DNA of 64,000 nucleotides from Sphyrna mokarran (taxonomy: Eukaryota). The position numbers and the translations under genes were made by a program. Every line of letters starts with the position of its first letter. The stretch's first letter is position 1. Location: contig JAGIQG010000009.1 of NCBI GenBank assembly GCA_024679065.1, positions 90,148,001-90,212,000 of the forward strand, written 5' to 3'. Under the pieces are notes generated by a model, which was not told the DNA's origin, made no database searches, and worked only from the letters and a program-made list of their open reading frames with translations. Shown in pieces: positions 1 through 10,329 of the stretch.

Positions 1-629
1 AGTTGAGCTTTGTCCTGAAGTGGAAATTATTAGAGTGTTCCTTCAATCAGTAAGAAAGGACAGTAATGGATGATTCCCAGAAGCACTCAGATCCTTACTC
101 TAGCAATTCTTTACAAAGTTACTTTCCTACAGTGTCATTGCATCAAGCTGTCGAAATAGTGTTGCTCCGATTCCACTTTGAGAGCAGTTTCCAGCCCTCT
201 CCTGTCACTATCCACATCCTTCTACCCTCCTTGATCCTTAACAAACCCATTCCCCAGATCACTCTCCTACTTCCCCCTTTAATCATAGAACCCAGCTTCA
301 TTGTTATTGATACTCCTCTCTCTAATCTATTTTCTGCTGATATCCCCATGCTCCATATTGACCTCACCCTTGAAGCCCCCATGCACAGTGACCTACAGGA
401 ATCCCCCCACCCATGAGACCACCTGATGTCTCCCTCTTCAAACCTGGACTGGGACTAAGACATGTATGCCAGGCACAGCCCTATTGTATAGTTAAATTCT
501 GGCTCCAACACTGTGGTACCTTTTAAAGTGGTTGAATCCCACATTACTAGTGCTGCCAGCGCCGTTGGGAGTTGTCCCAATTTTCCTGGTGGCAGCAGGA
601 GAATCATGTCCCATATTCTGGCTATTCCA

Positions 630-925
630 GGTGCAGCACGGTGGCACACTGGTTAACACTGCTGCCTCATAGCGCCAGGGACTCAGCTTTGATTCCTGGC
701 TTGGATGACTGTCTGTGCAGAGTCTGCACATACTCCTCATGTCTGTGTGGGCTTCATCTGGGTGCTCCGGTTTCCCCCCAGAGTCCGAAGGATGTGCATT
801 GGCCATTCTAAGTGTGCCCTCAACGTACCCAAACAGGCACCAGAGTGTAGCGACCGGGGGATTTTCACAGTAACTTCATTGCAGTGTTAATGTATGCCTA
901 TTGTGACACCAATAAATAAACTTAA
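630..925 (+). mobile_element. tRNA-derived V-SINE (HE1-like)
   Basis: tRNA-like head gcacggtggcacactggttaacactgctgcctca, V-domain gggtgctccggtttcc, and aataaataaa tail. Confidence 0.85.
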
Positions 926-1216
926 AAAACAGTTGAAATATGATATATTGCCTTTTATAAATTCAGGAAAACCTCCCAGCTCTCATAATCTGTGTCCCTT
1001 TCATCACCAGTAACGTGAGTTTAATGAATGAAACAGGAAGTTATTGCAGTGTTAGTTTGATTGAAAACTCTCCCAAAGAATATTTCTCTAAATGTTGTGG
1101 GTGTCTGAATTTGGAGACAGTCCAGGGTAAGTGTGAGAGCAGACAGGAACACACAAAACCCACAGCTTCTGTTTGGGCAGCTGGCATCCTGACTGTGGAC
1201 AGGTTCAATAGGCTGT

Positions 1217-1260
1217 TACCAATAGGAATTTAGATCACCAGACTGTCATCTGTTGCTGAG
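1217..1260 (-). promoter_or_regulatory. Distal MHC-II-type X-Y module 1
   Basis: CTCAGCAACAGATG, 20-nt spacer, CCTATTGGTA. GAAACAGGAAGT (IRF-Ets composite) at 1030-1041. Confidence 0.75.
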
Positions 1261-1804
1261 AGACATTCTCTCCTGGAGTTCACATTTTATCACAACACTT
1301 CTAAATAACTCAGTCCCTTTGCATCTCTCGGGTGAGTTGGTGATCCAGCTCCCTGAGCTTAGCTGTGGTGAAATACCTCAGTAAAACAGTTTGCGATATA
1401 TGGACACTAACCCCAGATACAGGGCTGTCCCATCACAGGTCAACACTCAGAGCATCTTCACAAGGAGAAACAGACCTGGACACAAAACAATCCCTTCCTG
1501 GCTGGAAATGGGGACAGTCTTTGCATCATTTTGACCGTTTAACTTCCAGCTGGACAGTAATCTGAGGGAAATTTTTATTTTAGTGCAGCCAGTCTGGTTT
1601 CAACAGGAAAAGAAAATTAATGCAGAAAATCAGAGCCTAATGGTTTGAACCAAGAATGTTATCAGATCTTAGTGTAGATAAGGACACTGCAATATTACAG
1701 TGCAGCAGAAGCCCATTCAGTCCATCATGTCTGCACTAGGTATCGAATGAGCAACTTATCTCCCAGTCTCCTGTATTCTCTCTGTAACAGGTGATGTTGT
1801 GGCA

Positions 1805-2160
1805 TTCATAGAATCCCAAAAGTGCAGAAGAAGCCATTCAGCCCATCAACTCAGCACCAACTCTCTAACAGAGTATATTATCCAGCTCTCTCCCCCTTCC
1901 TATCCCTATAATCCCACCTAATCTCATCTAATCTCAGCTAATCCCATCTAATCTCCACATATTTGGACACTAAGGGGCAATTTAGCATGGGCAATGAACC
2001 TAACTTTCACATCTTTGGACTGTGGGAGAAAACCAGAGCACCCAGAGGAAACCCATGCAGGCACAGGGAGAATATACAAACTCCGAAAAGACAGTCACCC
2101 AAGGCTGGAATTGAACCTAGTTTCCTGGAACTGTGAGGTAGCAGTGCTAACACTGGGCCA
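1805..2160 (-). mobile_element. HE1-like SINE with CR1-type tail
   Basis: Reverse-complement V-domain (gactgtgggagaaaaccagagcacccagaggaaaccc) and tRNA head. Confidence 0.8.
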
Positions 2161-2164
2161 CTCT

Positions 2165-3730
2165 ATCATCAATATTGTCACTGGACTAGTAATTCAGAGA
2201 CAGAGCAAGTCTCTAGGGACCTTGGTTTTGAAATTTTAATTCAGCAAAACAATAGGGAACTAAAAAGTCTGATAATGACTGTGAATCCATTGCTGACTGT
2301 TGTATAAATCCATCTGGTTCAATAATGTCCTTTTGGGGAAGAAAATCTGCCATACTAACCTGATCCACAACAATACAGTTGATCCTGAAGTGGCCACTCA
2401 GTTGTAACAAAGCATTATGAAGCTGAACAAGAATGGAACTGGATGGGCCACCTAGCACTAGATACTGGACTAAACTATAGCAAAATCAGTCCTGTCGACT
2501 CTGCAAAGCCTTACTAACATCTGGAGACTTGGGAGAGACATGGTACAGACTAGTCAAGCAACAGCCTGACATAGTCACACTGACTGAATCATGCCTCACA
2601 GATAATGTTTCAGACACTGCCAATACGATCCCTGGGCACATGTCCTGTTCCACTGTCAGGACAGACCCAGCAGAGGTGGCAGTACAGTGTGGTTTACAGT
2701 CAGGATAGAGTTGCCCTGGGAATCTTCAACATTGACCATGAAGTCTCGTGGCCCCAGATCAAACATGGATAAGGAAACTCCTGCTGATTACTACGTACTG
2801 CCCTCCTTCGGCTGATGAATCAGTACTTGTCCATCTTTAACACTGCATGGAGGAAGCACTGAGGGTGGCGAGGGTGCAGAATGTACTCTGGGTGGCTTGG
2901 TAGTACCACCACAGACTGAACTGGTTGGGTTCTAAAGGATATAGCTGCTAGACAAAGGTGGTGAGGGAAACAACAAGCGGGAGAAACATACTTGACCTCA
3001 TTTTCATCAACCTCCTGCTCATAGGTATATCTGCCCATGATAGTATTGGTAAAAGTGACCACTGCACAGTCTCTGTGCAGACGAAGACCCATCTTGACAT
3101 TGAGATTCCCAACCAATGGATTAGATCCAAGTTCTACAGTCCTTCCACATCCAGTCGGGAATGATGGTGAACAATTAAAAACTCACTGGAGGAGGAGGCT
3201 CCACAAATGTTCCCACCCTGAGTGATGGAGGAGCCAAGCACATCTCAACAAGCTTCAGCCAGAAGTACCAAGTGGATGATCCATCTTGGCCTCCTCCAGA
3301 GGTCCCCAGTATCTCAGATGCCAGACTCCAGTCAATTCAATTCATTTCATGTGATATCAAGAAATTGCTGAAGGCACTGGACGAGGCAAAGGCTGTTGGC
3401 CCTGACAATATTCCAGCAATTGTACTGAAGACTTGTGTTCCACAACTCGCCACTCCCCTTGCCAAGCTCTTCCAGTGCAGCTACAACACTGGCATCTAAC
3501 CAGAAATGTGGAACATTTTTCAGCTATGTCCTGTTCACAAGAAACAAACCCAGCCAGACCAAATACCGCCCCATCAGTCTATTTTCAATTATCAGTAAAA
3601 GGATAGAAGGGCCATCAACAATACTATCAAACAGTACTTACTCATTAATAACCTGCTTATGGATGGTCAGTGCTCTGCCAGGGTCAGTACTCTGCTCAGT
3701 ACTCAGGATTCTGCCAGGGTCACTCAGCTG
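2165..3730 (+). mobile_element. Degenerate CR1-clade LINE (APE and RT fragments) with a tRNA-like 5' head
   Basis: Motifs NILDLIF, GKSDH, KAVGPDNIPAIVLK, YRPISL. Confidence 0.75.
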
Positions 3731-4268
3731 TACTTTCTGTCAGTGCATGAACATTCTATAATGAGGAACACTTGCAGCAAATGGACAGATCCTCTCACAC
3801 CTGGTTTAGTTATCAGCATCACGAAAACAAATGTCATTGTCCAGATGTTACCATTCTACCATCGATCAACATTAAAATCAATTCCCACTGCAAAAGCTGC
3901 ACTTATTGCGTCCAAACTAAGAGAGTGTCAAACAAGAGCAACATGATTATAAACACCATCCAATTTTCTTTTGAAATTCTTTATTAGCTGGAATTCTCCA
4001 GCTGTTCATGGCCTACTGCTGCTACCAGTAAGAATTTAGCATTCAGCCAAATCTCCGTTCACTGCAGTGATTGGGAGAATCCTAGCTGTGGGTGAGGTTA
4101 GAGAATCTGGCCCATTGTTTTTGCTTTCACCATCCTTGTGGGCAGTGAGTTACAGATCATTATCATTAGCTCCATAAAAAATGTTCTTCCTCGTATTCCC
4201 TCTGCATCTCTTACCAAAACCATAAACCTATGTCTCTTCGTTTTTGTACTGTTTTGTCATACCAATGC

Positions 4269-5108
4269 TGTCATAAATACTTTAATCACAGAAAATTGTT
4301 CCTCTTCAAGGCCTAAGGACATTCTGGAAGAATTTGTGTTTTTAAAAGACTCCATTCTTAAAATGTTAGTTCAGGGGCTCTGGTTGCTGTTGCTGCTGGT
4401 AAAGACAGCATATTACATAAAAAGGTAATTAAGTAGTTTTAAAGAAGCTGGTTAGCTATTTACAGAAAGGTCACATGATAATTCATGGTTTTGAGTTAAA
4501 ATCATACCTGGAAAACTGTTTAAAAGCCGGTAGGCTGATTTGCTTTTGGGGTGATAGCGGATTGGTGGGGAGAGTAGGAAGGAAAAGGATCAATTGCTTG
4601 GATAAAGACATAAACAGTTCCTGAAGTTCTTGACCCAATCCAAAGATGGAAACAATGGAAGTTGCTCCAAACTCGCTCTACATTCTGAAATGGACCAACT
4701 GAAAAATTCTCTCGAAGGACATCTGAAAACTGGGCAAGAGCTAGTGACTATTTCTCAGACTAGTAAGTCAGCCAGACTCTATTTCAAGGACTTCATTCTT
4801 TTCCTTTGAACCATTAATTTTTAACAATTTGGTAGAATTCTTCTGTTGTATCTTTTTGTGTGTAAGTTATTTATAAAGAGTAATTACACTTTCACATTTC
4901 ATAATCTATGTACTAAGCTTTGCCCTTCTACTTGACAAGAATAGTTTTATAATAAACTAATAATTTTGTTGTTTATTGAAGAGATTAATGGGTGAAGCAC
5001 ATACTTAGTCACGTAGCTGGCTGAGAAAATAATTTAAATAGAGGTTGTGACCCATGGTGTAGTGGAAGTAGAGACAGATAGGGCACTCTCTCCATCCTGG
5101 TTGTAATA
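4269..5108 (+). mobile_element. Probable solo LTR inserted into a CR1 3' tail
   Basis: About 840-bp non-coding block starting TGT and ending GTAATA, with internal AATAAA. The interrupted minus-strand CR1 tail resumes at 5109. Confidence 0.5.
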
Positions 5109-5259
5109 ATGGGAACAGTTTTCTTTATCTCTCTTATCTAAATTTCTCTTGATCTTGTATTGCCTGTAAAATCTCTTCTCAATATCCTTTGCCCCAAAGG
5201 GAACAATGCCTGCTTCTCCAATTTAATCTTGCAGCTAAAGTCCCTCATCTTTGGATTAA

Positions 5260-5700
5260 AACAAGGTCAACAACCCCAGAGGTCTTGGAGTGTGCTGTCA
5301 CCATCAGTGTACACACATTGCTAAGTCAATGATGTCTGCACTGGCTCAGCCACATAGATTGGACAGCAGCTGTATATCCAAAGATCTTCTGCAGACTGCA
5401 CTGACCACTGGATGCTGGGCATCTGTATCTCTGCAACAAGGACAGCCATAAGCAGCATATGATGATCGCAGACATTGCCAACTGACAACTGAGAGACAGT
5501 CACCAACATCTGTGATCTCTGGAAGCTGACCTCTTGGAATGGCTTTGTCAGAGGTGAGCAGAAATAGATATCTCGTACACAGAAAAAGAGGACTCAGAGA
5601 AAACAGAGGCAGGTGAATACTGAACTCTCTCAGCCCATTGTCTTCCTTTGCAGTAAATACAGTACAGACTGCCATATCAGAGTGGGCTCTGCTGTCACAC
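5260..5700 (+). mobile_element. RTE-like LINE 3' fragment (decayed)
   Basis: Decayed remnants resembling the LRWLGH...IPKDLL and GRPxLRYKD motifs. Confidence 0.45.
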
Positions 5701-6303
5701 TAGGTGATGCTTAACACAAAGTTAACCATCATCTCATGAGATGCAAGGATAATAATTAATCATGATTCGACAAAATGTGTAATAAGGTCAGCAGCTACAT
5801 AATCCTGGGAAAGCCCAAACTGAGTGAACTGTTTATTGCAAAGTATGTGCTGCTTTATAGAACTGTCAATGACCCTTTCCATCACTTTGTTGATGATCAA
5901 GAGTAGACTGTGGGGTGGTTATTGCCTGGATTGGTTCCTTTCTGTTTCTTATATACAGGACATAGCTGGTCCATGTTGTAATTCTACTGAAATAGCTTGA
6001 CTAGTGCAGCTGTAAGTTCTGGAGAACAAATAATATTGTCAGAACCCATTGCCTTTGCAGTGCTTAGTCCCCCAGCATATTGTTATGGACAGATGCATCT
6101 GCGCCAAGTTGATAGAAGACTGAAGGATTTAACAGAGGGGAAATGCAAATTGGTGCCAATTACCAGCCATTTAGAGTAGAGTTGGGGAAGATCTTACAAT
6201 CAATAATCTGGGGATAATAAAAGATGCCATTCATGTACCCTACAGTGTTTGTGCTAATAATGAAATTTTTTGTATTGAAATATAACCTCAGAAAAACATT
6301 CTG

Positions 6304-6347
6304 CTTAGCAACAGATGACATGTCCCATTTTTAAAATTTCATTGGCT
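6304..6347 (+). promoter_or_regulatory. Distal MHC-II-type X-Y module 2
   Basis: CTTAGCAACAGATG, 20-nt spacer, TTCATTGGCT. NF-kB consensus GGGGATTTTCC at 6444-6454. Confidence 0.75.
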
Positions 6348-6549
6348 AAGTATATTTGTCTTTATAACATATTAACAACACGACAGATTAAGCAATAATC
6401 TGTAAATCAATAGCAGTAAAATGTTGACTTGCTGTTTGTAGTTGGGGATTTTCCACTCATGCCCTTCCCCCTCGCTGCAAACTGGAACCCAAGAGAAACT
6501 CTTTGCAGCTCTGTGTTTCTTAATCTAGAATAACCAATTCTCAACAATA

Positions 6550-6780
6550 AACTCCACTTCCTCCACCTGTTCTCTGGAACAAGTTCCCTTTGAACACCAC
6601 TCACTTGCTCCAAAAGAAAGGAGTATGTTCTGTGTGTACTTGCATGGCTCCAAGCAACACCAGCTTTTTTGTGGAACATATGGAACATTCCTTATTTACT
6701 AAGATTCCCATTCTCATCTCTTTTTTCCGATACATGGATGATTGTATTGCTGCCACTTCCTGTTCTCACTGTACACAAAC
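6550..6780 (+). mobile_element. Penelope-like RT fragment
   Basis: ORF contains FFRYMDDCIAA and a decayed KGVAMG..APS motif. Confidence 0.6.
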
Positions 6781-7511
6781 CGCTCAGTCCCTTGAGCCTG
6801 CTTCGCCATTTAATGAGATCATGGTTGATCTGACTGTAACTTCAACTCCACATTCCCGTCTACGCCGATAATCTATCGCCCCCCTCCCCTTCTTGTTCAC
6901 CCAAAAATCTATCTAGCTCCAATCCTGTCTGTGGGTTTCCATTCACTGATACAACTGGTTTGATTTGAGTCCATCAAGTTTGTTCTGCATATGATCATGT
7001 CTAAATCTTTTGCTCACCTCCAATTTTCCACTCTCTCCATTTTCTTTAACTTACAGAGAGATTAAAATTCTCTCTATTGCACTCTTGATATACTGATGAT
7101 GGAACATCCACAACTCTTAACATAAAGAATCCCAGAAGTACACAGACCTATGAGAAAAGTAATTTCTCAGTTGTAGATAATCAACTCCTGATCCTGAGAC
7201 TGTGTCCCTGTATTCTAAATTCTCCAGACAAGGGAAAGCCTTGTGTCTATTCTTCTGCTTTCCACTCTGGTAGAAACTAGAATGGACCCTGGTCTTTATC
7301 AACCCTCGAATTACAGGAAACCTCTGCCTTCTGTCTCCAGACCTTTTTTATGAAAATATGATAGTTTTGCAGCAGTCATTCCAATTTCATCTCTATTTGA
7401 AAGGATATTAATGAAGAGCACAGCCGCCATCTTATTCCATTCCAGTGTCCCTGCTGGATGTATTTCCATCGACTAATGCAACTGAGGCTTCAGTTTGAGG
7501 CCTCAAACTGG

Positions 7512-9950
7512 CGTCACCACTTCAGATGTCAGAGCAGCTTTCTTGAAGGTCAACGCATGGAAAGCAACCGGCCCAGATGGGGTACATGGACATTCATTTA
7601 GATCCTCGCAGATCAGCTGGAGAGGGTATTCAGATCTCTTCAACCTCTCTTTACAATAATCTGAGGCTCCTATCTGCTTCAACAAGATGACTATCATGCT
7701 TGGTCAACCCATGGAAAGCAACTGGCCTAAATGGAATACCTGAACATGGACTCAGATCCTTGTGGTTCAGTTGCGGATATATTCACAGACATCTTCAACC
7801 TCTCTTTACAATAATCTGAGGTCTCTATATGCTTCAAATGATGACCATCATCCCGGTAACTAAGATAACCAAGCAGCGTGCCCTAATGACTATCAGCTGG
7901 TGACTCTGACATCCATCATTATGAAGTGCTTTGAAAGGTTAGTCACTGCATGAATCAATTCCAGCCTCCCAGACTACCTGGATCCACTTTGATTTGCCTA
8001 TTGCCGCAACAGGCCCACAGCAGATGCCATTTCCCTGGCCCTGCACTCAACCCTGGAACACCGAGATAACAAGGACACCTGTGCCAGACTCCTATTTATT
8101 GACTACAGCTCAGCCTTCAACCCCGGTGAGTTTCCCACAAAATTCATTTCCAAACTCTATGGCTTGGGCCTCAGCACCTTCCTCTGTGACTGGATCCTGA
8201 ACTTCCTAACTCACAATCAGTAAGGATGGTAACAACACCTCCTCCATGATCATCTTCAACACCAGTGCCTCACAAGGTTGTGTTCTCAGCCTCCTACTAT
8301 ACTCCTTATCACCTACGACAGTGTAGCCAAATTCTCCTCTAATTCGATTTTCAAGTTTGCTGATAACACCACCATAGCGGGTCAGATCTCAAACAATAAC
8401 GAATCAGGATATAGGAATGAGATAGAGAATTTGGTGATCTGGTACGTCAACAATAATCTCCCTCTCAATGTCAACAAAATGAAGGAGATTGTCATTGAAT
8501 TCAGGAAGCATAAAAGAGAACATACTCCTGCCTACATCAATAGGGACAAAATAGAAAGGACCGAGAGCTTCAAGTTTTTAGGTGTCCAGATCATGAACAA
8601 CCTGTCCTGGTTCCCCCATGCCGACACTATAGTTAAAAAAGCCCACCAATGTCTCTACTTTCTCAGAAGATGAAGGAAATTTGGCAAGTCAGCTATGACT
8701 CTCACCAACTTTTACAGATGCACCATAGAAAGCATTCTTTCTGGTTGTATCACAGATTGGTATGGCTCCTGTCCTGCCTAAGACCGCAAGGAACTACAAA
8801 TTGTCAGTGAATGTAGCCCAATCCATCACGCAAATCAGCCTCCCATCCATTGATTCTATCTACACTCCTCGCTGCCTTAGCGAAACAGCCAGCATAATTA
8901 AGGACCCCACACACTCCAGACATTCTCTCTTCCACCATCTTCCTTCAGGAGAAAGATACAGAAGTCTGAGGTCATGTACCAACCGACTCAAGAACAGCTT
9001 CTCCCCTGCTGCTGTCAGACTTTTGAAGGGGTTTACCTTGCATTAAGTTGATCTTTCTCTGCACTCCAGCTATGATTGTAACACTACATTCTGCACTCTA
9101 TCCTTTCAAAGAACAAAGAACAAAACAACACGGGAAACAGTCCTTCAGCCCAACGAGCCCGCGCCACCACCTCGATGTTCCCACTTCTATCCATGATCCC
9201 TGTCCATGTTTATAGATCTATGCATTGGAACCAAATTTGCGAGACAATTTAGTCAGAAATTGTTTTGCCAATCAGCCTAAGAGCACATCTTTGGGGTGTG
9301 GGAGGAAACTGGAACCCTTGGAGAAAACCCACGCAAGCACAGGGAGAATGTGCAAACTCCCACAGACACAGGCCCAAATCCATGTATCTGCACAGCACAG
9401 CGATAGTCACTGAGCTGTCGTGTTGCCCATCAAATGGTCCAGGTCAAGCGTACACTAACGACGTGAAGCACTAGGATACTCTCAAAAAATCCAAGAGCAG
9501 CCCTCTCATGACCCATCGCGTGTATGCCCCTTGTCAGACAACAAGGCTGACTGAAGTACCTGTAGGATAAAACAGAAACACGTCAATATCATTGACAATT
9601 TACACACTTCCCAGGGAACTCCAAGGCTCATGATCCCTATTTTAAATCAGTTTTCTATATCCCTCCATTCCATTCTGTTCATGTGCCCATCTAAGTATTT
9701 CTTAAATAACTCCAGAGTATCTGCCTCCACCACTTTACTTGGCAGTGCATTCCATACCCCCACCACCCTCTGTGTGAAAAAACTCCCTCTAGCATCCAAA
9801 TTATACCTTACCCCCCTCACCCTAAGCCCGTGACCCCTCGTGCTATTCAAGCCCATCCTTCTCTATGAACAGTGTGTTTTGTCTGTATAACGTGCAAGAA
9901 ATAGTTATGAATGTTAATACATGTGGCAATAATAAATCAAATCAAATCAA
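7512..9950 (+). mobile_element. 5'-truncated Rex/Babar-clade LINE, with a ~155-bp tandem duplication at its 5' end and a nested CR1 at ~9108-9857
   Basis: Motifs KFADNTTI, KKAHQCLYFLRR and TNRLKNSFSPAAVRLL; aataaa followed by an (atcaa)n tail. Confidence 0.85.
9108..9857 (-). mobile_element. CR1 3' end with SINE-containing 3' UTR, nested in the Rex/Babar LINE
   Basis: C-terminal TRGHGLRVRG..FFTQRVVGVWNALP; 3' UTR shared with copies at 45.4, 48.7 and 62.3 kb. Confidence 0.88.
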
Positions 9951-9955
9951 AGGCT

Positions 9956-10000
9956 CTTAGCAACAGATAATAAATTGATATTGGAATGATCTCATTGGTT
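9956..10000 (+). promoter_or_regulatory. Distal MHC-II-type X-Y module 3 (degenerate)
   Basis: CTTAGCAACAGATA, 21-nt spacer, CTCATTGGTT. EICE GGAAGTGAAA on the minus strand at 10201-10210. Confidence 0.6.
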
Positions 10001-10329
10001 AGCTGGGATAGTGATGAACCAGATACTGGTTACAGGTGGAATGGTATCATTTCCAAATGGAAACTGCTGGTTCATAATTAGTTCCCTTTCTAATAATGAA
10101 TCTATTACTTTCTTTCATACTAAGAAGAATAAACACATTCCCATGGGGACATGTGATATTATTTGGAATAAACTGGGCTGAAGTTCCTATTTTATCTCAT
10201 TTTCACTTCCCCATGCCAGAGAAAGAGGATTTGAAATCAGAACAACATTGGTGTGTGTATGGGGGAAGGGATGTATTTGCAAACCAGCTACTGCAGTTAA
10301 AGCCCATTTTCAGGATTGGGTCAAGTTGC

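Noticed and set aside
1040-1190. Possible leader exon downstream of module 1 (MPAAQTEAVGFVCSCLL...)
   Set aside because: The ATG is only ~30 bp from the Y box, the signal peptide is weak, and there is no good phase-1 donor before the stop.
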